DNA of 64,000 nt from Deinococcales bacterium (GTDB lineage: Bacteria; Deinococcota; Deinococci; Deinococcales; JAAFIG01), in contig JAYWGM010000075.1 of NCBI GenBank assembly GCA_043778225.1, positions 1-64,000 of the forward strand, written 5' to 3'. Position 1 is the first letter of the stretch; each line of letters opens with the position of its first letter. The translations under genes were made by a program, and so were the position numbers. The notes beneath the pieces are model-generated. The model was not told the origin of the DNA. It ran no database searches and was given only the letters and a program-made list of their open reading frames with translations. This document shows, piece by piece, positions 1 to 9,370 of the stretch.

Positions 1-68
1 TGCTTGTAATGCTTCTCGAGTTCTTCAGTTGTGTGGTGCGCGGTCAGAGGTGTGCCTAATCTTGACAT
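1..68 (-). mobile_element. Possible N-terminus of an IS630-like transposase (partial, runs off the window edge)
   Basis: Minus-strand ATG at 68 reads MSRLGTPLTAHHTTEELEKHYK, resembling the 'HxxxEELExxY' N-termini of IS630-family HTH transposases. Only 22 codons are visible. Confidence 0.35.
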
Positions 69-82
69 TCCGTATTATCTAC

Positions 83-1273
83 CTAAAGTTGGTATAATAC
101 CTCGAGACCCGTCAAGCCACGGATTGAAAAATTGGGGCGGTACTCGAGGGCTTGGGCTGGCACAGTAAAGTTCGGGAAGTTTGCAGCTAATCGCTCCAAG
201 AAAACCTGCATCTCGAGCCTTGCCAGTGGCGCACCAAGGCAATAATGAGCGCCACTGGCAAACGCCACGTGTTGACTGGCGTTGCTGCGGGAAATATCAA
301 ATGTATCTGGATACTCAAATTTAGTTGGGTCGCGGTTGGCAGCCCCAAGCATCAAAGAAAGGTGTGTGCCTTTGGGTAAACTTTGCTCGAGCCATTGGCT
401 ATCGGCGGTCAGCACTCGGCTGGTGGCTTGGACTGGTGTCACAAAACGCAGGCACTCTTCGGTGGCATTGACCACCAATTCTGGATGCCCGAGTAACTTT
501 TGCCATTCTTGTGGCTGACCCGAGAACGCCAGCATTGCCCCAGCGATCAGATTGGTGGTTGTTTCAAAGCCAGCCGCCAGCAAAAGCGCAGCATTTGCCA
601 ACAATTCTTCGCGGCTGAGGCGTTCTCCTTGGGCTTCGGCTCGAGCCATTGCCCCCAGCACCCCAGAGGCGTTTTGCATTTTCATGGTTTCGGCAGATTT
701 TTCAAAGTAACCTAACATCTCGGCTATGTGTTGCTGGATGCCCTGAGCGTTATTTTCGTTGAGCGAACTGCCATCCAGCACAATCACCAGTGCATCTGCC
801 CAATTTCTAAAAGCCACGCGGTCTACATCCTCGAGTCCAAGCAATTTGGCAATCACCAGCATTGGCAGTGGCACAGCCACATTGGTTAAAAAATCTCCGC
901 CATGGGTCGTGTGGTACTCGAGCAATTCATCGGTTATGGTCGCAATGGTGGCTCGAGTTTCTGCTACGGCTCTGGGCGTGAAGGCTTGCGAGACCAAACC
1001 ACGTAAGCGCAAATGCGAATCGGCATCGTGGGAAAGCATCATCGGTTGTAGTAAATTCTGGCTAAACCAATTTTCTGTTTGCCCAAGGCGGTTGGCGCTG
1101 GCGTTGGGGTGCTTAAACATCGCATTGACGGCATCCAAGCCAAAAGCAAAAGCACTGTTCCAACTTGGCATTTGCACCAATTGCCCATGTTCTCGAGCTT
1201 TGGCATAAGCAGGGTACGGATTGGCTAAGGCTTCGGGTTGAAAAAGCGCTTGTAAGTCTGACTCGAGATTCAT
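83..1273 (-). CDS. Cytochrome P450
   Basis: AGFETT I-helix, EECLR (ExxR), FASGAHYCLG heme motif. Start moved to MNLESDL, which follows TAGAAT-N7. Confidence 0.95.
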   Translation of the reverse strand: MNLESDLQALFQPEALANPYPAYAKAREHGQLVQMPSWNSAFAFGLDAVNAMFKHPNASANRLGQTENWFSQNLLQPMMLSHDADSHLRLRGLVSQAFTPRAVAETRATIATITDELLEYHTTHGGDFLTNVAVPLPMLVIAKLLGLEDVDRVAFRNWADALVIVLDGSSLNENNAQGIQQHIAEMLGYFEKSAETMKMQNASGVLGAMARAEAQGERLSREELLANAALLLAAGFETTTNLIAGAMLAFSGQPQEWQKLLGHPELVVNATEECLRFVTPVQATSRVLTADSQWLEQSLPKGTHLSLMLGAANRDPTKFEYPDTFDISRSNASQHVAFASGAHYCLGAPLARLEMQVFLERLAANFPNFTVPAQALEYRPNFSIRGLTGLEVLYQL

Positions 1274-1318
1274 AGGCGCTATTCTAAAGCAACTTTGACA
1301 CGCCACACCGCGTATTTA

Positions 1319-1382
1319 GATTCATCTGCGACATGAAACGCATGATTCATCTGCGACATGAAACGCATGATTCATCTGCGAC
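1319..1382. repeat. Tandem repeat, 25-bp unit GATTCATCTGCGACATGAAACGCAT x2.6
   Basis: Units start at 1319, 1344 and 1369 (partial), with no spacers. Confidence 0.95.
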
Positions 1383-1444
1383 TTTGGTCGGATGACAAGT
1401 CTCGAGTTTAGATTCTACACTTGCGGCAGTTCTTAGGAGGATAT

Positions 1445-2107
1445 ATGCAAACCATAACGAATCGCAATCAACAACTCGGCTGGGTTTTACTTGGTGTGGC
1501 TGGCTTGGTTTTACTCAGCACCATCAACGGTGCAGTCGAAGGCTTTTTTTGGGTAGGTGCAATTGCTTTGGGCTTTTTTTATGCCTACCGCCAAACTGGG
1601 CAACATGGACTGGTTGTGCCAGCCGGTGTTTTAGCAGGCATCTCGGCAGGAATTTTGCTCGAGGGAATCACCCCGTTTGATGGGATTTTCTTGGTTGGTT
1701 TTGCGGCTGGCTTTTGGGGCATAAAATTTCTCGAGCCACGTCGTCATGCTTGGGCGCAATATCCAGCGTGGGTTTTTACGGCTATTGCTGGCATTGTTTT
1801 TGTGTCTGCCAATGCTTGGCTGGTGGCGCTTTCTTTGGTCGGGCTTGGGGTCTATTTGCTGGGTAAGAAACCCACCATCGAAACCCAAATCATCGAACAA
1901 CCACAGCCAACAAAGCTCGAGCGTTTAATGCAGTGGCGAGCCGAAGTTGCCCAAAAAGCTGGACTGCCAGAACCCGAAATTCTGCGCGGCGAACAACTCG
2001 AGCGCTTGGCTAAAATGACTCCAGAAAACGTGGATGCGATGTTTGGTGTTCTCGATGCCGCCCAAATCGAGCGCTATGGCAAAACCTTGTTGAGTGTTTT
2101 GGGCTGA
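1445..2107 (+). CDS. Membrane protein with C-terminal HRDC-like domain
   Basis: AGGAGG RBS. About six hydrophobic helices, then LMQWRAEVAQKAGLP..ILRGEQLERLA...IERYGKTLL, an HRDC signature. Confidence 0.75.
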   Translation: MQTITNRNQQLGWVLLGVAGLVLLSTINGAVEGFFWVGAIALGFFYAYRQTGQHGLVVPAGVLAGISAGILLEGITPFDGIFLVGFAAGFWGIKFLEPRRHAWAQYPAWVFTAIAGIVFVSANAWLVALSLVGLGVYLLGKKPTIETQIIEQPQPTKLERLMQWRAEVAQKAGLPEPEILRGEQLERLAKMTPENVDAMFGVLDAAQIERYGKTLLSVLG

Positions 2108-2108
2108 G

Positions 2109-2170
2109 AGGTAAAGGATTAAAGGTAAAAAGGGCTTTCCACTTTTTACCTTTTTACCTTTTTGCCTTTC
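2109..2170. repeat. Degenerate 8-bp GGT(A/T/C)AAA(A/G) repeats arranged as an inverted hairpin
   Basis: ggtaaagg/ggtaaaaa arm followed by a ctttttacc arm. Same family at about 10.8, 30.0 and 34.0 kb. Confidence 0.8.
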
Positions 2171-2186
2171 CATTATGCTCTTACTC

Positions 2187-2906
2187 ATGACCCCCGAACG
2201 TGTCGAATTACTTGGATTGCCTTTAGACCTGATTACCCTTGAGCAAACCCTCGAGTTACTGGGAACTTGGACAAACCAACCAAACGCCAAAAAAACTGTC
2301 GTCACTTCCAACCCTGAATTTGTGGTGCAGTGCCAAACCGAGAGCGCTTTTGCCGCAGATATTCGTGCCGCCGATTTAATCACCGCCGACGGCATTGGCA
2401 TGGTGCTGGCGGGTAAACGTTTTGGACTGGTTGTCCCTCGAGCCACTGGGGTGGACATTGCACGCGGTCTGATGGAAAAACAAGGCTCGAGTCTGCGGGT
2501 CTTTTTTTTTGGGGCAAAGTCTGGAGTGGCGCAACTGGCAGCCGAAAAATGTGCTGCTTTGTACGACATTCAGATTGCTGGAGTGCAAGATGGCTACTTT
2601 ACTCCAGACCAAGAAGCCACGATTGCCACCCGAATTCTCGAGGCGGATACCCATTTTTTGCTCACTGGCTTGGGTGGCGGCAAACAAGAGCGGTTTAATG
2701 AAAAACGCGTGGCTCGAGTCTCTATTGGCTGTGGTGGCACAATAGATGTGCTGGCTGGCGTTGCGCCACTTGCGCCTCAGTGGATTCGCGGCATTGGCTT
2801 TGAATGGCTGTGGCGAATCGTTAAATTCAAGCGCTGGCAGCGTGGTCTCAAGCTGCTCGAGTTTGCGGTTTTGGCACTGACTCGAGCTAAGGGTTTTGGT
2901 TCATGA
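2187..2906 (+). CDS. WecB/TagA/CpsF family glycosyltransferase
   Basis: VVTSNPE, ADGIG, GLGGGKQE, GCGGTID, FEWLWR motifs. Start follows TATGCT-N7. Confidence 0.9.
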   Translation: MTPERVELLGLPLDLITLEQTLELLGTWTNQPNAKKTVVTSNPEFVVQCQTESAFAADIRAADLITADGIGMVLAGKRFGLVVPRATGVDIARGLMEKQGSSLRVFFFGAKSGVAQLAAEKCAALYDIQIAGVQDGYFTPDQEATIATRILEADTHFLLTGLGGGKQERFNEKRVARVSIGCGGTIDVLAGVAPLAPQWIRGIGFEWLWRIVKFKRWQRGLKLLEFAVLALTRAKGFGS

Positions 2907-3559
2907 TTTCGGTTTTGATTCCAGCCGCTGGAAGTGGTTTGCGCCTTGGCTTAGGAGCGAAAGCGCTACTCGAGTTAAATGGTATGACCTTGCTCGAGCG
3001 TTCAATCAATGCCTTTGTAGAGATTGCCGATGAAATTATTGTGGCGTTGCCCAAAGATTGTCTCGAGTTACCACTGCCAAAAGCTCGAGTGATTGCTGGC
3101 GGTGCAACCCGCCAAGAAAGTGTCGAAAATTTGCTCGAGGCAGCCCGTGGCGATGTGGTGCTGATTCATGATGCGGCGCGACCGTTTTTGCCCAAAGCCG
3201 TGATTGCTCGGGTTCTCGAGGCTGTGGCGCTGTGTGGTGCAGCCACCGCAGCGCTGCCGTCTGCCGATACACTGGTTCTCGAGTCTTTTGGGCAGTGGGG
3301 TACAATATTAGATCGCAGCCAGATTCAAGCTGTGCAAACACCGCAAGGTTTTCGGCGCGAACTGCTGCTCAAAGCTCATGCCAGAGCCAAACTTGAAGCG
3401 GTCAGTGCCACCGACGACGCAGGTTTGGTGGCGCGGCTTGGTTTGCCCGTGGCGCTGGTCTTGGGCGATGAGCGACTTTTTAAGGTCACTAAAGCTGGCG
3501 ATTGGGCATTGGCACAAGCCTTTGCAGGTGTTTGGGATGCCGCAGATTCAGTACACTAA
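2903..3559 (+). CDS. ispD: 2-C-methyl-D-erythritol 4-phosphate cytidylyltransferase
   Basis: IPAAGSGLRLG, GGATRQESV, IHDAARPF, VQTPQGF, TDDA motifs. Confidence 0.95.
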   Translation: MISVLIPAAGSGLRLGLGAKALLELNGMTLLERSINAFVEIADEIIVALPKDCLELPLPKARVIAGGATRQESVENLLEAARGDVVLIHDAARPFLPKAVIARVLEAVALCGAATAALPSADTLVLESFGQWGTILDRSQIQAVQTPQGFRRELLLKAHARAKLEAVSATDDAGLVARLGLPVALVLGDERLFKVTKAGDWALAQAFAGVWDAADSVH

Positions 3560-3564
3560 TACTT

Positions 3565-4416
3565 ATGAAACGTATTTACGAATTTGCTCCAGCCAAAATC
3601 AATCTTGGTCTGGCTGTTACGGGTCGGCTCGAGAATGGTTATCACACCCTCGATACGCTTTTTTGTACTTTGGATGTTGGCGATACTTTATGGCTAGAAA
3701 TAACCGAATCGGGCATCGAACTCGAGGTGCTTGGTTCAGACTTAGCCGCCACCCCAGATAACTTGGTCTACCGAGCGGCTGCCCTGTTTCTCGAGGTGGC
3801 TGGCATCCAATCAGGGGTGCGCTTAACGCTTGAGAAGCGCTTACCGATTGCGGCGGGGTTGGGCGGCGGCTCGAGTGATGCAGCCGCCTGTTTGCGTGGT
3901 ATGCAGCGCTTATTTGCGACCCATCTGGATTTATCTGACTTGGCGCTTAGGCTTGGGGCGGATGTGCCATTTTTGCTGCTCGGTGGTGCGGCTCGGGCAT
4001 CTGGTATTGGCGAAATTCTCGAGCCAATGGTGCTACCAGAGATTTACGTGGTCTTGGCAAATCCAAAGGTTGGCATCAGCGCCAAAGAAGCCTATTTGGG
4101 TTTGCAGGGGCGTTTTGGGGCAAAACTCGAGGTTTTGGGCATTCTCGAGGCGCTGGACAGAGGAGAAGCCCCGCCCTACCGCAATGACCTTGAAGTACCA
4201 GTTCTCGAAGCCTATCCAGTGGTGCAAGAAGTCAAAAATGCCCTAAAAAGGGCTGGCTTATTTGGGGTCTTGATGAGCGGCTCTGGAAGCACCTGTTTTG
4301 GTTTAGCGCCAAGTTTAGAAGTGGCAAAAAAAGCTGCCCAAGATTTAAGTCTCGAGCAGCCAGATTGGTGGGTTTGTGCCACTACTTATTTTCAAAGTCA
4401 ACTTGAACCGTATTAA
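3565..4416 (+). CDS. ispE: 4-diphosphocytidyl-2-C-methyl-D-erythritol kinase
   Basis: APAKINLGL, PIAAGLGGGSSDAA, LGADVPF, MSGSGS motifs. Confidence 0.95.
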   Translation: MKRIYEFAPAKINLGLAVTGRLENGYHTLDTLFCTLDVGDTLWLEITESGIELEVLGSDLAATPDNLVYRAAALFLEVAGIQSGVRLTLEKRLPIAAGLGGGSSDAAACLRGMQRLFATHLDLSDLALRLGADVPFLLLGGAARASGIGEILEPMVLPEIYVVLANPKVGISAKEAYLGLQGRFGAKLEVLGILEALDRGEAPPYRNDLEVPVLEAYPVVQEVKNALKRAGLFGVLMSGSGSTCFGLAPSLEVAKKAAQDLSLEQPDWWVCATTYFQSQLEPY

Positions 4417-5512
4417 ATTGGGTGTTCTTAACCTCGAGCATCACAAATGGGCTGGTCAGGGCTTGGGTCACGGCGCGTCCGGGAATTGGTGAAGTCATTT
4501 CGATGCTCAGTTTTAAGGTGCTGCCCTCGAGGGTGGCGCTTTTGTAAGCAATTCCATAGCCGCCAGTTGGTTTTTGACCCGAGAAAACGGTAATCACGCG
4601 GCTGTTGCTAAAGTCTATGCGCGGTGCGTTTGGCAAAGGAATTTGGTTGCCAGCAATCATTTTCCAAGTTGCCAGAAAATCCATTTCACTTTCGTCAAAA
4701 CGGGTGTAGGAATTATCTTGGGCATAGGCGGCGTTATAGCCCGTCTCGAGGGTCTGGACAATTGGAATAATAATGCTTGTATTGGCAACTGGTGGTGTGA
4801 CGACTGGCTTTGGGGTTGGCGTGACCACTGGTTTTGGGGTCGGAGCGACGATTGGTTTTGGCGAAACTACCGCCACACTCTTTGGTACGCCATACTGGAC
4901 TGCCAATAACGAACGGCGGTAAGCACTGGGGGCTGGGTCTAGCTCGAGGCGGGCATCGGGGGCATCGGCTTCAAGCAGGGTTGCCAACAGCAATTCGCCT
5001 TTAGGGGTTAGGTATTTTGCCAGTGCCAAGGCTTCTTCGCTCGAGAGCAAGCCAGCCCCAAGCGGCGAGAGTCTGGGGGTTGGCTTCAATTGCATGGCTT
5101 CGCCAACTTTGAGATTGCGAGCCACCGTAAACCATTTTGCGCCGTCAAAATAATAGACGCTTTGCAGGTTGCGTTTGGCACGAATTTGAATCTGTTCGCC
5201 AATAAAGTTTCCATCAAAAGCATTCAGTTCTTGAGCCTCGAGTTTTAAGGTATTTGAGCCATTGACCGCCAAAGTGCGCGGCACAACAAAACCATTGAGG
5301 GCAAAAGTAATTGGCTTACTGAGTTCGAGCCGCCCGTTGTTCCACTGCACTGTTTGTGGTTCACCGCTAAAAACACCATAGCGTTCACTATTTTTTGGAT
5401 GATACAAAGCAATTTCCGAGAGGCTGTAGCTGCTGACAGCTTGTTGTTGTCCGACGACACTGCTTAGTCCGAGGGCGGTTGTGATTGCCAGAATGGGCAA
5501 AATTGGTTTCAT
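4382..5512 (-). CDS. Exported protein with PrcB C-terminal domain
   Basis: Signal peptide, Pro/Thr linker, C-terminal IDFS..VFSGQKPTGGY...TQALTSPF (PrcB_C). Confidence 0.8.
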   Translation of the reverse strand: MKPILPILAITTALGLSSVVGQQQAVSSYSLSEIALYHPKNSERYGVFSGEPQTVQWNNGRLELSKPITFALNGFVVPRTLAVNGSNTLKLEAQELNAFDGNFIGEQIQIRAKRNLQSVYYFDGAKWFTVARNLKVGEAMQLKPTPRLSPLGAGLLSSEEALALAKYLTPKGELLLATLLEADAPDARLELDPAPSAYRRSLLAVQYGVPKSVAVVSPKPIVAPTPKPVVTPTPKPVVTPPVANTSIIIPIVQTLETGYNAAYAQDNSYTRFDESEMDFLATWKMIAGNQIPLPNAPRIDFSNSRVITVFSGQKPTGGYGIAYKSATLEGSTLKLSIEMTSPIPGRAVTQALTSPFVMLEVKNTQFNTVQVDFENK

Positions 5513-5561
5513 GAGTCCTATCCTAGTTGCGATTGGCACTTTGCAGATGTGGATTTACTCA

Positions 5562-7745
5562 TCAAACCTCGAGCTTTTCTTTAAGCCATGTCAGTTCTAA
5601 TTGGCTCGAGAAAAGTAGCTCTTGCGCTCCACTCAAGAAAATCTGGGCAAATTGGGCAGCGGTACACGCCCGTTCAATTTTTTTAGCATAGACTCGCGTC
5701 AAGAGTTGTAAATAATGTTCTACCGAATAATCCTTGGCTTCTTCGAGCAAGGCGAGACCTTCATCGGCGGCTAGAATGCCATAACCATGGTTGCGCCGAT
5801 ATATCCGAATCCGTTCGCCTTTGTGCCAATTTCGCCCCGCCGCAAGCATGGCTTCGTAGGGGGCTTCTTTTCGCGGGCTGGCTTGGTACTCGGTCATGGT
5901 TTTGCGTAAGCGCACCCGAGTCGCAAGGTCTTGAGCTACAAAGACCCGAGACCTGATTTTATGCTGGGTCTCGAGGTAAATGTTTCGGATTTGGTCGGGC
6001 TGATTCTCGAGTGCTGCTTTGACAATCTGCGCCGTAAAGGCTTGCATCGCGGGTTCAAAGCGGCTCGAGTGAAAATTTACGCCGCGCAATTGGACTGTGC
6101 CGTCGTGGCGTAAAAGTGCATAGTTTTTGATGTCATGCGAAAGCATCGCCGTATAGAGGTCGTCAAACTCGAGCGTGATACCTTGGGGCAGCGAATCAGA
6201 AATGGATTGAACCAATTCTCGAGATTTGCTTTCTGAACGACTCGAGGCAAAAAATACCCCGTCGGTGTCTGCCTCGAGTAAACTGACTTTAGCTTGGCGC
6301 AGTTGGGCAATCACTTGCTCGAGAATCTCTCGCCCTGTTTGGGTGATTTTATCGGCGGCGTGGCGGTCGGCAAACAGCGCCATCTGTCCAGCCCCAAGGT
6401 AGCCATAAGCACTGTTCAAAACCAATTTAAGGGCGGCTTGCATCGCATCGTGGTGGGTGTTTTTCTCGAGTTTAGACAAGCGCTTATGCTCGAGCCGACG
6501 TGTCAGCATTTGTTTGACCAGACTGAGCAACACCCCGAGTTCGTCGCAACTGGGTCCAATGTTAAATGCCCGCATGACACTGGGGTAAAGGCTGGCAATA
6601 TCGGCTTTGACCACATTTTTGGCTAAACCAGTCTGAAATAAAAACACCGCTCCGCCTTCGTGTGGCTGCTCGAGGTAGGCACAACTCGAACTTGGTAAGG
6701 CGCGTTGTTGGTAAAAATATGCCCGTATCAGCATCGGCTCGAGAATTCCGGTGGCTGTTCCAGCGCTGGAAATGCGTTCAAAGCGCCGTGGGGCAAGTTT
6801 GGCGAGCGCAAAACTGGCGGGCATTAGTTTCTGGCTCAGGCGGTCAACTTCACGCACATCCTCAAGCGCATATGCCCGTACCAAATCGGGGTTTTGGGCA
6901 TACTGTGCGGCAATACTCGAGCCTTCGAGGTATACACGGTCTGGGGCAGCTAATCCATAGTGCTTGGCAACATCTTTTAAGCGGTGGCTGGGTAATTCTC
7001 GGGTCACAAAATCGTGTCGCCAAACCGCGTCCAAAGTATCAATTATCTCACGCCCAGCCACGCTGTAGCGTTCGCCTTCACGGCGAAGCGGCTGATGAGT
7101 CCGTCCAATCCTCAGGGGAATTTTATGAATGTCGGCTCGAGCCTCGAGAAACGGCAAATCAAAACCATTGAGGTTGTGGTTCTCGAGGACATCTGGGTCA
7201 CGGCTTTGAATGACCGCTATCAAGTCCCGAATCAGGTCAGCCTCTGCTCCCTCGAGCAGCGTTTCAAAGCCACCAGAATCGCGCACCGCAATCATAAAAA
7301 TCTGACCGTCTTGGGGCTTTAAGGCGGTTGTCTCAAGGTCAAATTGCAAGCGCCGTAAATCTGTAAACTCGAGTCCCTTAAAATAGGTTCGCCCAGAAGC
7401 CATCAAATACTGCTCGGTCAGACCGACCGCGTAAAAATTTGGGTTTTCTCGAGAAAGATTCAAAACGCGGCGCATTTGCAGCCAGTTCTGGCAGGTGATT
7501 AAAAATTTGAATGTTCCAGTCCCAGCCAAGGCTCGAGCCTGTAGACCATGTTTTTCCCAGTGTGACTCGAAACTTTTACTATAAATCCAAGGTGTAAAGT
7601 TATCCTCCTCGAGCAACAATTCGCTGTTGACCCGCCGCCAGACTTTGACCGTACCATTTGGGCTGGCATCGACCGAAACAATGCCTTGGGTTTCGTCCCA
7701 TCCCTCGAGCCAGTGTTGTGTATTATACGAAATTGGCTGAGTCAT
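5562..7745 (-). CDS. polB: Family B DNA polymerase with 3'-5' exonuclease domain
   Basis: Exonuclease motifs FDLETT, HNLNGFDLPFL, YALED. Polymerase motifs DIASLYPS, KLVLNSAYG, ADTDG. Confidence 0.9.
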   Translation of the reverse strand: MTQPISYNTQHWLEGWDETQGIVSVDASPNGTVKVWRRVNSELLLEEDNFTPWIYSKSFESHWEKHGLQARALAGTGTFKFLITCQNWLQMRRVLNLSRENPNFYAVGLTEQYLMASGRTYFKGLEFTDLRRLQFDLETTALKPQDGQIFMIAVRDSGGFETLLEGAEADLIRDLIAVIQSRDPDVLENHNLNGFDLPFLEARADIHKIPLRIGRTHQPLRREGERYSVAGREIIDTLDAVWRHDFVTRELPSHRLKDVAKHYGLAAPDRVYLEGSSIAAQYAQNPDLVRAYALEDVREVDRLSQKLMPASFALAKLAPRRFERISSAGTATGILEPMLIRAYFYQQRALPSSSCAYLEQPHEGGAVFLFQTGLAKNVVKADIASLYPSVMRAFNIGPSCDELGVLLSLVKQMLTRRLEHKRLSKLEKNTHHDAMQAALKLVLNSAYGYLGAGQMALFADRHAADKITQTGREILEQVIAQLRQAKVSLLEADTDGVFFASSRSESKSRELVQSISDSLPQGITLEFDDLYTAMLSHDIKNYALLRHDGTVQLRGVNFHSSRFEPAMQAFTAQIVKAALENQPDQIRNIYLETQHKIRSRVFVAQDLATRVRLRKTMTEYQASPRKEAPYEAMLAAGRNWHKGERIRIYRRNHGYGILAADEGLALLEEAKDYSVEHYLQLLTRVYAKKIERACTAAQFAQIFLSGAQELLFSSQLELTWLKEKLEV

Positions 7746-7761
7746 TTTGATTAAAACAGAA
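7745..7761 (-). promoter_or_regulatory. Candidate RDRM (DdrO operator) overlapping the polB -10 and start codon
   Basis: TTCTG-TTTTAAT-CAAAA versus RDRM pattern TT[AC][CT]G-N7-C[AG][GT]AA (one mismatch). Overlaps the -10 of TTGGCT-N18-TATTCT. Confidence 0.55.
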
Positions 7762-7812
7762 TACTCTTTTCTCGGGCAAAAAGCCAAAGTGACTCTGAAC
7801 CGATTCTAAAGC

Positions 7813-7839
7813 AGGGCAGACACGGGGGTCTGCCCCTAC
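7813..7839 (-). repeat. GTAG-family REP-like palindrome
   Basis: Minus strand reads GTAG-GGGCAGAC-CCCCGT-GTCTGCCC-T. Confidence 0.7.
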
Positions 7840-7861
7840 GGTTTATCAATTCACTGTTTTT

Positions 7862-9307
7862 TTACTGCCCCTGCCCCAACGAAAACCCCGGTTCACCATC
7901 GAAGGTACATAAATTCTCAATTTTAATAAAGTCTAAGCCCTCGAGCGCTACCCGCCCAAGCAGTGCCACAATATCCTCGTGGCTAATTGCCAAGCCTTCT
8001 GGCACGGTAAATCTGCCGCGCCAATGGTCGGTTCTGAAGGTTTCTGGGAAGCCACCGGGCCAGACTTTTACGCCTCGGTTGGTAATCATCGTCAGTTTCA
8101 AATGCTCGAGGTTGGCGCGTTGTAACTGGACGGCTAAATCTTCGGCAGTTTGACCACGCCAATTGACAAAGACATCAACCCCGACGGTTTCTTTGCGGGC
8201 TGGTAAACGCCTTATTAGTTTGGTATGAGGTTGGCGTTCAAGGTCGGCAGCCGCAAAATGGGTTTTTGGTAAGTGTTGTGGTTCACGCCCAAGGTTGGCA
8301 ATGATCACTTGGGCAAATTCTCGAGTTCCGACCAGTTTAACACTCGAGTCTGGCTCAAAAATATCAGCCGTGTGCTGCCCCTCCTCGAGCGTCACCAACC
8401 AAGCGTTTTTGATTTTGGCAGCCACTTCGGGTTGCCCAATATGCACCAGCATCAGCACGGCGGCGTTCAGTAAGCCACTCGGGTTAGCGATGTCCTGCCC
8501 AGCAATATCTGGGGCGCTGCCATGAACCGCTTCAAACATCGCCACTTCATCGCCAATGTTGGCACTGCCAGCTAAGCCGACACTGCCGGTCACTTCGGCA
8601 GCAATGTCTGATAAAATATCGCCATACAAGTTTGGCGCGAGAATCACATCAAAACGGTCTGGATTCTCTGCCAACCGCGCTGCGCCAATATCAACAATCA
8701 TGTGTTCTTTGGCTATCTCTGGGTATTCTGTGCCAATTTCGTCAAAGACTTTATGAAATAAACCATCGGTCAGTTTCATGATGTTGTCTTTGGTCACACA
8801 GGTGATGTGCTTGCGCCCATGTCGTTGGGCATATTCAAAAGCATAGCGCACAATCCGTTCTGTGCCTGGTCTCGAGATTAGTTTTAAGCACTGCACCACT
8901 TCATCGGTCTGACGGTGTTCGATACCGGCGTACAAGTCTTCTTCGTTTTCGCGTACAATCACCAAATCAATTTTTTTGTGCTTGGTGCTGACAAACGGTG
9001 CAAAACTTTGGCAAGGTCGGACATTGGCATATAAGCCAAGGGTTTTACGAATCGTGACATTCAGGCTTTTGAAGCCCCCACCTTGTGGTGTGGTGATGGG
9101 GCTTTTGAGAAAGACTTTGGTGCGCCGTAAACTTGCCCAAGAACTGGGTTCGATGCCACTCGAGTGACCGCGCTCATAAATGGCTTGACCAATGGCGATT
9201 TCTTCGATTTCAAGCTGCGCCCCTGCTGCCTCGAGAATTTTTAGGGTTGCCGCCATGATTTCTGGTCCGATGCCATCGCCGTGTGCCACTGTGATAGGTA
9301 TTTTCAT
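7862..9307 (-). CDS. icd: NADP-dependent isocitrate dehydrogenase (Thermus-type, C-terminal extension)
   Basis: GDGIGPEI, KSPITTPQGGG, RENEEDLY, NLYGDILSD, FEAVHGSAPDIAG, FSLGQGQ. Confidence 0.95.
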   Translation of the reverse strand: MKIPITVAHGDGIGPEIMAATLKILEAAGAQLEIEEIAIGQAIYERGHSSGIEPSSWASLRRTKVFLKSPITTPQGGGFKSLNVTIRKTLGLYANVRPCQSFAPFVSTKHKKIDLVIVRENEEDLYAGIEHRQTDEVVQCLKLISRPGTERIVRYAFEYAQRHGRKHITCVTKDNIMKLTDGLFHKVFDEIGTEYPEIAKEHMIVDIGAARLAENPDRFDVILAPNLYGDILSDIAAEVTGSVGLAGSANIGDEVAMFEAVHGSAPDIAGQDIANPSGLLNAAVLMLVHIGQPEVAAKIKNAWLVTLEEGQHTADIFEPDSSVKLVGTREFAQVIIANLGREPQHLPKTHFAAADLERQPHTKLIRRLPARKETVGVDVFVNWRGQTAEDLAVQLQRANLEHLKLTMITNRGVKVWPGGFPETFRTDHWRGRFTVPEGLAISHEDIVALLGRVALEGLDFIKIENLCTFDGEPGFSLGQGQ

Positions 9308-9370
9308 CACCCTAGCCTAACGACTTTTGTGGTGGGCAAATCCAACCTAACTCACTTTTGCCAGTGGCAG

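Noticed and set aside
1319..1382. CRISPR array
   Set aside because: Units are contiguous with no unique spacers, and no cas genes are present.
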